A DNA stretch of 63,978 nucleotides, the filler included, from Folioceros fuciformis (lineage: Eukaryota): assembly GCA_049999805.1 (NCBI GenBank). It is 26 parts of 26 records of this genome, joined end to end, with 100 filler letters (N's around TTAATTAATTAA, not from the genome) between each part and the next. Parts side by side here need not be neighbours in the genome. Positions count along the whole stretch, not along the records: positions 36,493 to 38,342 come from JBNGIO010006968.1; positions 38,443 to 41,993 come from JBNGIO010006969.1; positions 42,094 to 48,506 come from JBNGIO010006970.1; positions 48,607 to 50,898 come from JBNGIO010006971.1; positions 50,999 to 52,611 come from JBNGIO010006972.1; 21 more parts are not named here. The stretch is one strand, 5' to 3'. Below, piece by piece: positions 38,231 to 51,074 of the stretch. The notes below the pieces were generated by a model that saw only the letters and a program-made list of their open reading frames with translations, searched no databases and was not told where the DNA came from. Both the position numbers and the translations under genes were made by a program. Every line of letters starts with the position of its first letter. Position 1 is the first letter of the stretch.

Positions 38231-39296
38231 TTAAACCTTGTCGAACGCGGGACGTCTTATACGCTAGAACAACAAAGCGCAACCCCAACCCGCAACCCAC
38301 AGCCCACAAGTTATCCCCACCCAACATTCCCTGCCGAAGGCCNNNNNNNNNNNNNNNNNNNNNNNNNNNNNNNNNNNNNNNNNNNNTTAATTAATTAANN
38401 NNNNNNNNNNNNNNNNNNNNNNNNNNNNNNNNNNNNNNNNNNAAACTCCTTCCTGCACGGGCCCCTTCTTGCTCTCTAGTAATAGATGTTTACCCCACGA
38501 CTCGTCAACCTCAGCGTCTCTGCGCATCTTTTGTCAGGTAATCCGTCAAACGAAGCATGTTGATCACAATCATGTCCATATGTGGAATACATTGTTTCCA
38601 ATGCACATATTCTCGAAATAGGTTGATAGTATCATTATGCTGCAGTACCCCTCCAGCCCTATCACTGTCCGTGAGAACAGCCTTTGTGATCACTCTTCCT
38701 GTTGGAGCCTCTTCCAAAGCAGAGGCTTGTTTCTTCTTTCTTTAGGCTCTAGCCTTCTCTTTGCGGTTATGCTTGTCGAGGGAGTCCACGACTATGACTT
38801 GGAGGTCATTATCGTCTTTAGGCCGTTTTCAAGCTAGTTTTAGGCCGGTTTTCAGGCCTGGCTTCTGCGGCCGACCTCTTCTTCTCCACTCCTTTCTTCT
38901 CGCACTAACTAACACTAAGCGACTGCCATCACTGGACTATCCGACTATTCATTGTCCTTTGGGTCATTTTCAACTTGTCGGCAATTGCCACTTTTGCTTG
39001 CAGGCTTGATGAACTGTTTGTCTACTTGCTACCCTAACCTACTCCGATAAGGACCTAGCTCCTATAAACTCCTCACTAACTCTCATGTTGTGTTCTTCTT
39101 GCTACTAACACACCTCGTAGGTTTGACCTATTGTTCGTGGGCTCAGAACACCATTATAGGACTAAACTAATAGATCAAAAGATGCTCCTCCCATGAGAGC
39201 TATGTGCTAGCTGCCATGAGAGATATTAAGGGAGATGCTACAAGGGTGGAAATAATTGGCCCAAGAGGCAGACTTAGCCACCATGTGGACAGCTGT

Positions 39297-39446
39297 AAGG
39301 GAAGACCTTGGAGGTAGTCATCCAACAATAAAGAGACCATGCATGCAAGATCTAAGAAGATTAGGCACCTCAAGGGAAGACCTTGGAGGTAGTCATCTAG
39401 CAATAAAGAGACCGTGCATGCAAGATCTAAGAAGATTAGGCACCTC
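39297..39446. repeat. 75-bp tandem duplication
   Basis: AAGGGAAGACCTTGGAGGTAGTCATC...GATTAGGCACCTC at 39297 and 39372. Confidence 0.93.
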
Positions 39447-40644
39447 TAATGTCTTAGAATAGTTTAATAGGTTGAAGATGCTTGTAGTGGTAGGGTCAAT
39501 AGTTTGTAGGGTTGGCTCATTAATATTGATGGTATAACATGCTAGGAAAGTCTAAATAAATGGTTGGCGACAGCTTGTGAGGCTAGTTGACTTATTAAAA
39601 TAATAATTGTCCTACTAGAGAGAGGTGAGGTAGGAGAGAGAGTGGCTCCTATAAGATAGAGTGAGCTTGTAGGATTTAGATGGGCATGCATGCTCTTATG
39701 GTCTATCCTTTCTTGGTTCAAGACAAGCAAGATGTTGCCGACTGTACAACTGCACAACGTCTAGTAGGATCATGAGGTGCAATGGCTAGGGTCAAGGGGC
39801 TTACCCTTGGCTCTTGATTGTAAAGGATATGTCTTTTTCTTGACCTTTTCACTCTTGTTTTTTGGTTGAACAAGTGTTGTGTGTCAGATATATTTCATGG
39901 TGTTTGGTAAGGTTGTGGGGAGCAGACATCCAAGAGGGGAGTGTGTTTCCCTCTTCTCCTATCTTGTTGTTAGCCTAGTTAGGAGACTCTTGTTAGGTGG
40001 GAGAGTCGGTAGGGTGAGTAGTTAGTCAGAGATATATGAATGAGCGAGTGAGAGAGTCAGGAAAGTTGTAGGCTTGAGAGTTGAGTGTTGTTGTAGTGGT
40101 AGAAGTGAGGGTGTTGGCACTAGGAGAGGTGTAGAAGACCGCTGGATAGCGAGGACTATCATGCGCTCGATCGAAGGTAGAGGGGAAGCCCTCGAATCCA
40201 TGGTTGAGTTGATGTGAGAGTGTTGAAGTTGTAAGGAATGTCTAGCCATAGGGATACCGACCTCATTGCATGTTGCTAGGGGCTCGCATGATATCGTGGG
40301 TTGTGTGAGTAGAAAGGCTGACCCTCCATTCCTAGCAATGAAGAACTCCATCACTCCTTGGTGGGAATGAAACCCAATGTCTCAATGAAAGTGAGATAAG
40401 TGTGGACACTAGAGGTTGAACCCTGGTAGACACGTGCCGAGGGTTTTGCCACCACAGATATCAAGTTGAGAGAGAGTTAAGCTCCTAACTTAGGCTAAGA
40501 TGAGGATTTCTCTCTAACCCTCTAGTATTGTATGTTCTTGTTGACTCGTGAATTTAGAAAAAAAGAGATTTGGTAGTATTTATTGTATGTTCTTGTTGAT
40601 GTGAATATGGAATAAAGAGTAGCAACAAGTGTGTTGTTTGTCAG

Positions 40645-40815
40645 TCCTCCTAAGAGAGGAGGGTGGCTACTTGGAGGCCTAGTGCTGGTACAAAAGTGCT
40701 ATTTGCAAGTTCCTCCTAAGAGTGGGGGGTTGCTAATTAGAGGCCTAGTACTTGTGTAAGAGTGCTATTCGCAAGTTCCTCCTAAGAGAGGAGGGTGGCT
40801 ACTTGGAGGCCTAGT
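40645..40815. repeat. 66-bp tandem repeat, about 2.6 copies
   Basis: TCCTCCTAAGAG.GG.GGGT.GCTA.TT.GAGGCCTAGT at 40645, 40711 and 40777. Confidence 0.9.
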
Positions 40816-41419
40816 GTTGGCATGTGGTGTTTAATATTTGCTCTTGCTTTTGCTTCTAACTGGGTGGTTTTCCACCCGATGAGGGGGGTGTTAAGTCTCT
40901 TTGTCTCTATCCCCCGTCTGTAAATGATATTTATAAGAAAGTTTAAAAATAAATATATAATTCAAACTTTTTAAACGAGATGGATGCGACAGCAAAGAAA
41001 CTCGACCTGGAGAAAACCCCTTGAGAAAGAGGGACAGGAGCAGCCTGCCAGCTCGGCCATCCAAGCGTTTTGCTTGTTGCAACAGCAAGAAGAGGAAGCG
41101 ATTAGTGAAGCAGCGTGCTTCAATTTTCCAGGAGGACGAAAATCGCGAAGAGGCACAGGCGTAACTGTTAGCCCGGGCCTGTGCAGTGCAGGACCACGGC
41201 ATCCACCTTTCGTGCTTTCATGAGCACGGCGTTTGTGGAATGGCGTTTCTAAGACGAGAGTTAAGACGTTTCTTTGACGTTCCTCATATTACGCGAATGG
41301 TTGGACTGGCTGGCCGCGGTGAGACGAGGCAGCCTCGGTCGCACTCTTTGTCGCGGGATCATCAGTTGCCTCCAAATCGTGGCGGTCGTGCTGGTAAAAG
41401 GTGCATAGCAGGTTGTGGT

Positions 41420-41880
41420 TGAGCAACTTGTGTAGATGGCATAGATGGAGGGATAGTGCAAAGATCCAACATGCATAGATCGTTGTAAGGCTGACCGGAC
41501 AAAAACTGAAGACCAGTTTCTATGCTGGAAATATGGCAATCAATGTAATAAAAACTATTTTGGCAGGAATCCTCTTGGGAGAGCATCATGACTGACATGA
41601 AGGTTTTTTGTCATAGCAGGTACATAAAGGACTCCATGAGAGTGACACTTCCACCACCTGGTAATGCTAGTATGATGACAGTACCCATGCCCTTGATAGA
41701 CACGCCACTGTCATCCCTGACAGTACAAACCGTTTGCTGTCAGTGGAAGGGATGAAAGATGAGACAGCACATCTGTCCAGACAAATGTGGCTGGTTGTAT
41801 TAGAATCAAGGAACCAGTGATCTTGCTGGATAGCTGCAGAATTGAGGCAAACAACGAGATGGAAGGTGTCTTCGCTTTGG
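41420..41880 (-). mobile_element. Ty1/copia protease remnant
   Basis: HWFLDSNTTSHIC, then with frameshifts IKGMGTV and VLYVPAMTKNL. Confidence 0.8.
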
Positions 41881-42208
41881 CTGCAGCCACATTAGCAGCT
41901 CATATCTGACACCTCGCGAACAATTCGGTTGTTCCTGGTACAGGCCTCAAAAACTTTATACAAAATTCACCTACCCCATCCCCATCCCCATCCNNNNNNN
42001 NNNNNNNNNNNNNNNNNNNNNNNNNNNNNNNNNNNNNTTAATTAATTAANNNNNNNNNNNNNNNNNNNNNNNNNNNNNNNNNNNNNNNNNNNNACTGTGC
42101 ATACACTCTCATAAGTAAATAGCCACACATTCATCCCGTTTGTCACCAAGATTCAAAGGGACATAGCCACACATTCATACCCCTTGTCATCAAGATTCAC
42201 AGAGCCAT

Positions 42209-42368
42209 GGACAAAAGCTTCACCAAGTTTGTTCAAGATTCAGACAAGGGCTTCGCCAAGTTTGTTCAAGATTCAGACAAGGGCCTCGCCGCCAAGTTTG
42301 TTAAGATTCAGACAAGGGCTTAGCCAAGTTTGTTCAAGATTCAGACAAGGGCTTCGTCAACTTTGTTC
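42209..42368. repeat. ~33-bp tandem repeat, about 4.5 copies
   Basis: CCAAGTTTGTTCAAGATTCAGACAAGGGCTTCG units. Confidence 0.92.
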
Positions 42369-42660
42369 TAGCGTGCGCCACGACTATATCATGGGCATAG
42401 ACTATCAAGACTTTCAACTATCATAGTTATTTTCTTTCGGCAGGATATCTGTATGTCGGGCACAAGCGATTGCATATATAGCACTCGGCCTTCTCGTTGT
42501 GTTCCAACTCTTGTGCATGCTTACTTGGTTGCACAACATGGAGGAGAAACATGAGCTTCGCAGATAGCACAAGGCTAGTAGTCCATCCGAACGGAGTCTG
42601 TGAGAAATAGTAACTCTCAAAAACGTTGTTACACCACCTTTGTGGTGTGAATGTGGGAAG

Positions 42661-44329
42661 CTAGCCATGTTCCAGGTGCTGGCTCAGCAGCAGCGGATCA
42701 GGAGGCCTGTTCTTCCGCTCTCTGGTTTGAGGTTCAGAATCGATAGTGAAAGTATGCGAGCCATATGGCCAGAGGGGCGACAGAGCGACCACCCGTCCTA
42801 CAATGATGAGGGTAGGAGAGACTAATTGCTGCGCGGCAACGTCTCCGGGCAAATTGTGGAGTTGCGCGAAAACCTGTCAGATCAACGGTGCCATCACAAT
42901 CCAGAGACAGGACGAGACGAAACCAGAGGAGTGTGAAGCGAATTGCGATTGCAATAGTTCGGAACATACGATCCGTTGATGGACTGTGGTGCCTCTCTCC
43001 ACTGCCACAGCTGGAGTGTCGGGAGCCAGTCCGTTAGCGAGCAGCTTGGCAGCTAGTCCAGGCAGCGTCGAAAGGCCCATATAGATTACCAAGGTGGAGT
43101 CGGGATCTGCAGCTTGCTCTGCAACGTAGAGCGGGTCCTCTCCTCCCTTCCGACTGTGTCCCGTGAGAAACCTAACGCTGCAAGTCAAGCAGTGCAGTGA
43201 ACTCTCCAATGTCAGAGGGATGGTAAATGCATGGCAGGCTGTGAAAGCTAACAAAGCGCCTGCTCACCTGTTTGCGGCGCCTCTGTGGGTGAGAGGGATG
43301 CCAAGCTCTGCCCCGATTCCAGAGGCAGCTGTGATACCTGCATGCCGTGCCAGCATGTGGTCAGGAAGGAAGTGGGGAGTGTGCAAAATAAGGGAAACAA
43401 GGGATGAGTGGAGGAGGCAGGGTGGTACCAGGCACCACCTTCACCTCCACGCCCCGTGTCTGTAAGAAATCCATTTCCTCACCACCTCGGCCGAAAACCT
43501 GGTGCATGGCAAGCCAAGGCAAGCTGAGCTTATCTGTGGTATGGCTGGCGGCAGGGATATGACAAGGGAAGGGGTAGGATGGAAGGCTGGTGTACCAAAG
43601 GATCCCCGCCCTTGAGCCTCAAAACCGTAGCACCGGCCTCCGCAAAATTGAGCAACAGTTCATGGATTTCATCCTGCAACAAGTGGCACACAATTAGCGT
43701 GTCATCGGCATCCTAGTACGACAGTTGAAAGTCGGGTTGAAGGAGTCACTCACCTGGGTGCGGCTGTGGAAACCGGATGTCTTGCCCACGTACAGCAGGC
43801 GGGCCTGGTGGTGTACCAGGTTCAAGATATCAGTAGACACTAGGCGATCGTAGAGCACCAAATCGGCCTGCTGCATCAAACGCACAGCCTTGAGAGTGAG
43901 CAGCTCGGGGTCGCCAGGTCCTGTGCCCACCAGGAACACATTGCCAGTGCCCCGCTTGCCTCCATTGCCGGAAGCCGGGTCCTGCTCCTGCGCCAGACGT
44001 CTACTTCTGAGCAGGCCCAGAAGATCTCGCAGCTCCGGCAGACGCTCCTCCAAATCTGGCTCTTCCTCCACCTGACGCAGGTCGGGCCTCGAGTAGTGAG
44101 TGGTGCTGCAGTTGCGGGACAGTTGCGACCGCCGGATCCCGATGAAGGGGCGCCGGGAGGAGCTCAGCTCTGCACGCCACTCCCAGCTATTTCGCACCAC
44201 CCAAGCGCCAGCCCATTCGCGAGGCACCACGGATGCTACCCTCACGCCATCGGAAAACTCGAAAGGGCCACGCAGTGCGATCCTCGAGCTAGACACGGAC
44301 GCAGCGCTCATCTCGGATCTCATCACCAT
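42661..44329 (-). CDS. UPM1: Uroporphyrinogen-III C-methyltransferase, plastid (sirohaem pathway), multi-exon
   Basis: [79 protein letters not shown] and [18 protein letters not shown]. Confidence 0.96.
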
Positions 44330-44457
44330 GGTCTAGGGCAGTGGTTGTATTAATCACCGGGATCTGCATGCTGGACGTGGCGAACTGGCTAGTGCATCCC
44401 GCCCTGTTCCGAAGAGTCAGCGATTAGTTCAGTTCAACATAGGGGTGGGCGGCAGGC

Positions 44458-46639
44458 ATGGCGCCGCCGCAGATGGGTCCCGTGGCAGGCTTAGCTTCCA
44501 GATTCCTTATGAGCAGTCAGCAGACTTGGCGCAGCTCGTCTACAGCTGCTGAAGCAGCAGCCTATCCCCTGGTACTTTTGGAGCTTTTGGGTTTCACCTC
44601 TGTTGCACGAATGGTGAAGTTTCTCAGGTGTTGTGTGTAGCAGAGGGTTGGCTTCATAGGCTTGGGCAGCATGGGCTCTCGCATGGCCGCAAACCTTCTC
44701 AAGGCAGGTCATCTTCTCACTGTTCATGACAGGCATGTTGCCCTCATAACGCTGCATCGCGGTCCCCTTAATCCCTGAAGAACACCTTCTGATCTGGCTA
44801 AACTGGAATTCATGTCATAATAATTCGAGCGCTGGCAGGGATGCGGCAGCGTTGCAGGCGTGTTCGAGTAAGGGAGCCGCTGTTGCACAGAGTCCCCGTG
44901 GAGTAGCTGAGCAGAGTGATGTGGTAATCACGATGTTGCCATCCTCGGAGAATGTGAGTTCTGGCCTTCAAGATAGGAAGGGTGTTGCACAAGATATGTC
45001 CTGAGATGCACGTTCTCTTCACTCGCATCGGCTTGTACTACTTCCTGCCCGCTGCCTAAGGGGTTGATGGTTGCTGTGTCTATCGCCCGGCTGTACAGGT
45101 GATAGATGTCTACAGTGGTGACATGGGCATGTTGATGGATGGCTTACGACCATCACTCCTCATCGATTGCTCCACGATTGAGCCTAAAGTGTCCAGAGAC
45201 ATTGCAGCAAAAGCTCAAACGTACAGGCTGGCACAGTGCTCAAGTAAGTTTTGGTCGATGACAACTTTGAAACATTTGAATTCAACTTATGAGGCCACTA
45301 CTGCACTGCAGCCTTTTGCACTCTACCAGTGAGTGAGCTCAAGAGAATGGCTCGTGTGCAGGAGATGTTGGAGGTGAAGGTCACCCCATAGTTGTGGATG
45401 CCCCAGTATCTGGAGGGGCCATCGGAGCAGAGGCTGCGTCTCTTAGCTTTATGGTACGTCTTGTTCTCAACAGCCATTGGAGCATTGCTTCCTTCTGTTA
45501 GGCAATGTGTCTGATTCACGGATGGAATATGCGGTAGGTGGGTGGTCCGGAGAAGGGTTTGAAAGCTGCAGAGCCCTTACTGCTGGCTATGGGGAAGCGC
45601 ATCATATCATGCGGGGAGTCTGGAAATGGTGCTGTAAGCGTACATCATCGTGGACCCCGTTTTAGATCAGTTCTCAACCTGAAGAGGTGTATGCGTTTGC
45701 AAGCTTGTTTGCTTCCATTTTCGTACTCGATAATAGGCTGGGTAGCTTTCTGTATGCACCATATCGGGTCAGTTTTCATTTTTCTGCACAGGTACTGCAG
45801 TTCATATTCATGCGGCTTCACTTGTCTGTTGTAGACAGCCGTCGTGTGTGGTTGACCTGTTGTTTGGTTTTGCGCTTCTCTTACAGACAGCAAAACTATG
45901 CAACAACATGGCGTTGGCAGTTAGCATGGCTGCCATATCTGAAGCCTTGGTCCTTGGCCAGAAGTTGGGAATAGATGCACGCACCTTGACCAGTATACTA
46001 AATTGTTCCTCGGCAAGGTGTTGGAGCAGGTAGCGGTAGCTGTATCTTCAGCATTCTAAAGTCTTCAGAGCGACTTCAGATTCTTGTGCAATCGTCGAAA
46101 CGCTTCTGACAACTGTCCTTGCGCAGCGACACTTGCAACCCTGTACCTGGGGTCATGGCTGGAGTACCTGCTTCCCGGGATTATGAAGGGGGTTTCGCCA
46201 CTCAACTCATGGTGAGAATGGTCCCCTTTGGAAGCTCTCACGAACTTTTAGGCCATCTCAGATTTTCGCATGCATAATCAGGTAGCAGCAAACGCACAAG
46301 CATGTGTGAGAATGCAGTGTAAGCAAGCCTTGCTGAAGTGCCCTGCCTGAGTGAGATGCAGACAAAGGATTTGAAACTTGTGCTACAAGCTGCAGAAGAA
46401 GCGGGCTGCGTGAAAACCCCTCTAGCTGCGACAGTCTATGACATGTAAGGTATTCTGTCCCTTACGGACACAGGCTGTGTGGACTCGAGTGGAAACTAAA
46501 AGACTGTGAGACTGGGCAATGCAGGTACTTAGAGATGTGTCGCCAGGGATATGGAAAGAAGGATTTCAGCGGCATATTTTCTTATCTTTACAAGGGACAA
46601 GCAGAGTTGGTTGCCGATGAAGCGACGAGCATAAAGTAG
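44458..46639 (+). CDS. HIBADH: 3-hydroxyisobutyrate dehydrogenase, mitochondrial-type (multi-exon)
   Basis: VGFIGLGSMG, DVVITMLP, LIDCSTIEP, DAPVSGG, FMVGG, AKLCNN, NCSSARCWSSDTCNPVPGV and KDFSG; stop at 46637-46639. Confidence 0.95.
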
Positions 46640-47478
46640 GTTCAGACAGGCAGGGTCAAGTATCTGTGATATTGTAGACTTCTGGACTGATGTAGCGCAT
46701 AATTTAAGATGTGGGAATTGTAGAATTATGTACAGATGAAACGGAAATTAATTTTTCATTCGCAGCGGCTCAGTGGGTTGGCTGCGCAAAATCAGCTACA
46801 ATCCATCGTAAATGGATACACTTTATAAGTAAGCAGCGAAAGCAGACCTGAGTATGTATCTGCGAACGAAACACACGCCAAGCATCATTTCTAGAGCACG
46901 GGTGTAGAGATTCGGCCCAGCACATACGAAGTTGCGGAATTTACCATAACAAAGGCCGTGCGCGTGCTGCAACGAATGACCATCGGTGAAACAACGGCGT
47001 GCCATGCGACGGCCGGGACTGGCTCCACGATGCTTTAGTGTTGGAAAAAAAGGCTGCGGAAGGAGGCGACGCAGGAGCATACTTCCTTCCTTCCTGTCGC
47101 AAAGTTCTCCATTGCTCCTGCCGATCACAGCCTGCAAGTTCCGGCATGGTACGGGACACAATTAGAAGCATCAGAGTACGGGTAGCCAAACTGAAAATTC
47201 TGAACAAATGCGAGGGTCGAGAGACATGAGGTGATGAGAAGCCGAGGTGGCAAGTGCGGAATAGGTAGTAGCTAACTAAGGAGTTGCAAAAGGGTGGGTG
47301 ACGTGTGAAGTGGCGAAGCGCAAAGCAAAATTGGACCGACCTCTGAGAGCATTGTTCCATCCCTGGAATGATATTCTTCGCCAGAAAGGACCTGGCAATC
47401 AAGCATGCTAGTGGTGTGTGCCGCATGCTGGCACTATTTATTCAGTTGCATTGCGGAAAGAAGAACAATGTTATGTCA

Positions 47479-48336
47479 TTAGAGGTGGCAGCCGCGGACG
47501 TATTTCACCTCCAGAGGATACTCGAACGAATTCGAGTACTGAAAATACAAACTCTGACCAGCTCGGATAGGATTGCCGTCATTGGCTAAGCAATCGTCGT
47601 AACTAATACGCCTGAAGGTGGTCGGAGAGACTAAATTGGCAGAGGAAAACCAGCCACAGGAAATATGCACATCGGAAATGGAGCAGTCTAAGGCGCATAA
47701 GTTGAAGATCTGAACGATAAAAGTTGGAATGCCGCTGGGAGACGGGCCCGCTTGGCCCTGAAAAATACTTATATCAGATTCGGCACAGGACTCTGCAATA
47801 AGAAACACCCTGATGGAGCATGAGGAGATTGAACAAAGGAAGGGAGGTAGGAGAAGAAGGGAGCAACGAGAAGAAGAATTAGCAGAACCGGCAAGAAAGA
47901 TAGAAAAAGGGAAAGAAAGGAAAGGGGGAGGCAGACAGGCAGTAAGGTGGTCCAGGACTCACGGATGAGCTTCCGGTTGCTGTGCTTGGATCTCCTAGCG
48001 CGGATCTGTGCGACGTCCTCCGCTGTGAGGAATTGCGGAGGCAATGCCCCAGTCTGATTGTACAGCACCTGCTCTGCGCGCTCCAAATCTGCAAGGAGTG
48101 CATATGCCAAGGAGAAATTCAGAAGGAGACAAAGGCAGTCTGAGAGGAGTGCGAGGCGCGAAAAAAATGGGACGACGATGAAGAGACGTTGGCGTGTACA
48201 AGAGTTGGTGTTGGGGAAACAGACCTTGGCTGTCATGAGCTTCGGGTTGGGCGAGGGAGGCCGTGGGAGAGGAGAGGAGAAGGGAGAGGAGAAATAGACA
48301 TAGTGGGAGGATGCGAGAAGGTGTAGCGGCTGCCAT
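47479..48336 (-). CDS. TAPETUM DETERMINANT1-like secreted peptide (3 exons)
   Basis: Signal peptide plus the TPD1 domain C..SDI.I.QG....PSGIPTF.VQI.N.C...C.IS..H.SCGWFSSA.LV.P..FRR..YDDCL.NDG.P.......F.YSNSF.YPL. Confidence 0.92.
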
Positions 48337-49859
48337 ATTGTAGGCTGTGCAATAGAGGCTTAAACTAGGGAGGGGAAGAGGACATATATAGTAGAGCAAG
48401 GAGCCGATGGCGGCGCCACAATCCTGGACAAAGTGAGATCGAGAGCGAGGGTGTGTTGGCGGCGCCGCAATCCAGAATATAGCGAATGTGACTAGATAGC
48501 TGCTGGNNNNNNNNNNNNNNNNNNNNNNNNNNNNNNNNNNNNNNNNNNNNTTAATTAATTAANNNNNNNNNNNNNNNNNNNNNNNNNNNNNNNNNNNNNN
48601 NNNNNNGGACTGCCACGAAGCAGCAGCAGCAGCAGCGCCAGGCGCAGCAAGAGCCAAAGCAGGACTCGGGGCGGCAGAAGCAGCTGCAGGTGCAGCTGCC
48701 GCAATCGGAGGCGAGAGCGAGGCAATCGGGGCGAGGCGGCAAGAGAGAGAAGACCGGGCCCCGGCTGCATTTTACTTTCACTTTCCAGGCCATCCCGGCT
48801 GCTCTTACTTTGAGTTTGCCGGCTAGCCTAACCTTCTATGACATCCCATCATCATTCATGAATCGTTCACGACTTGTCAGACAATTCTCACACAGTGGAT
48901 GTCGGATACATATCTACGCGCCACAGGCATCACATCTTTTGTCCATTAACAATCAGCCTTATATTATAAAATATTTATTATATAGCTCAATATACACTCT
49001 CTCATCCCGCTTCCATATTCATTCATATCTACATGAAAGGAAAAAACAATTAAGAGTTCAATCCTTGGACCTAGATAGGTGCAACGCGCTTCCTCACCAT
49101 AGATCTATGATATGAGTTTTATTGTTTTATACATACCGTTCAATTGAGATATATGTATCGAATCTTTATCATCTTTTGTGAGAAACATTCATGCATGTCC
49201 TTTTAAATTTTGATCATGTTTGTGCATTCTCACTTTAGTAAGATGATGCTTTTGCAAAACAAAGTATTTGCTAAACAATGTTTATGTAGGTATACTAAGG
49301 AGAAACTAAATTTTGGTGAATTTTTATGTTATTTTGAATGTTTGGAAGAGGAGTTAGAGATTTTATCTAAGAAAACGAGATTTCAAATCTCATCTACCTG
49401 GAGGACAAAAACAAATAATATGAAAAACGAACAAAGTTTTGGAGGGCACCAAGCCAAAGAGGGTTAGTGCTTTTTCTAATTATACTTACGATTAGCATTG
49501 TATTCCAAAGACTTCAAATATCGCCCTTAATAAGTATTATGGGTAGGCATATATTGCTCTTCTTCCAAACTCGTCCACCCTAGGGCAACGTAGGCTTCAT
49601 CGCTTTTGCTCATGAAAAGGAATAAGTTTATAACTTCTTCAAACTTACATCGATGCTTTCCGAATTGCACAACCTCTTTCTTTCTTTTTCTTCACGAAGA
49701 AAAAAATTTGATTATTCGCAGGTTAGGCTGCAACAAGGGTACTGCAATTACGTATGCAACTGGACAAGAAGTTAGCATGCAAGCTAATTCAACACTGTAA
49801 AAACGAGCACATCTGATCTATCCTGCGGGTGGGAGATACCCGGTCCTCATGGGGCTTAC

Positions 49860-50898
49860 TTGCCCCATGGGCATGCGCCATAACAGAGCTTTCCTAGATA
49901 TCAAATCGCTCCCGCCATAGACCATTGTTGTCCAGTTTTGCCACAACGAGAAAAGAGACTAGGACCATACCACTCCTCACCATTGGTACTAAAGTAGTGG
50001 CCCTCCCGACTGCCCACCTAGCCCGAATAAGGTAGTTTGCTTGGAAACCAAGATAGTTCTCTCAGGGAGAAGTCTCTGTAACCAGCAGCCAACTTCGTTC
50101 CAGATACCTTGCGCATAGTCGCACTGATAGAAAATATGTTGGCTTTTATAAGGGGCGCCAACACTGCGTAGCCTGCAACATTTTTCCCCCGTAGCCACCA
50201 ATAACCTGTCCCAGCGGTCTACATTAGGCAAGCAAGCTTGAAAGAAACACCAGATGGTAACCCTCACCTTGGGGGGGGATCCCTAAGGTCGACCACAAGA
50301 GTTTGATCGTTGCCCTTTGCCGACGCTGGGAAAGCCTTAACTTAAGAGCCAGTCGACTTCGCCGAAGAGATTTTTGTGCAAGCACCAGCCGGAGGTAAAT
50401 GACTGCCGACGGAAAGTTGAAGAGTGATTTCGCGATTGCTTGCTTACTTCTTGAGCTCCCAGGCCACATATAGAGGTCAGGACACATCACTAACTCCTAA
50501 TTCTCCTTCAAGCGAAACCAACATCTTACTGGACTTTGTTGTAGAGTTTGTTTCATGTTGCCTTGTTCTTCCTGGGTAAGCCAGTGACCTGCCTGCCTAG
50601 CCCTATAGAGCATAGTAATCCCTCTTAAGGCTACTCCACCGATCGCCCCTTCCTCTCTACCTCTTTTCTCCAGAAACCCCTTTGTATTCAGTGTCCTATA
50701 AGAGAGATTCCCTTTATCATCTGTCAGTGAAGACACGAGCACTGCTCTGTCGAAGCCTGGTAGGGGCACATCCACCTCCTGGTCGGAACCATCGGACCTA
50801 TCTTCCATGGGATAAGCCCCCCACATATTGATGCCCACCTGGGCCTACTGTAGTAGCGCTTGCTTCTCCTCCTCTGCCATCCCTCCCTGTAGCCAAGA
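49860..50898 (-). mobile_element. L1-type LINE 3' remnant (zf-RVT region)
   Basis: LWSTLGIPP[frameshift]VRVTIWCFFQACLP...CCRL...HIFYQCDYAQGIW matches the non-LTR RT C-terminal zinc-binding motif. Stops and frameshifts are present. Confidence 0.75.
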
Positions 50899-51074
50899 NN
50901 NNNNNNNNNNNNNNNNNNNNNNNNNNNNNNNNNNNNNNNNNNTTAATTAATTAANNNNNNNNNNNNNNNNNNNNNNNNNNNNNNNNNNNNNNNNNNNNAT
51001 CCTAACAATTGATTTGATCCAACCAAATACAACGTTCAATACGTTAATTAATTAACTTCAATCTAATGAATGTT

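Larger units (their letters stand above)
38443..40892 (-). mobile_element. Probable LTR retrotransposon 5' region (LTR ~39155-40892, PBS 39139-39153)
   Basis: The minus strand reads TGGTGTTCTGAGCCC (PBS-like) right after a degenerate LTR end. The far end reads TTAACACCCCCC, similar to gypsy TGTAACACCCC termini. Internal tandem repeats are present and the region is non-coding. Confidence 0.5.

Noticed and set aside
13471-48336. LRR-RLK and TPD1-like gene as a linked receptor-ligand pair; cilia genes as a cluster
   Set aside because: They are on different contigs joined artificially. The kinase is intron-rich with few LRRs, unlike EMS1.
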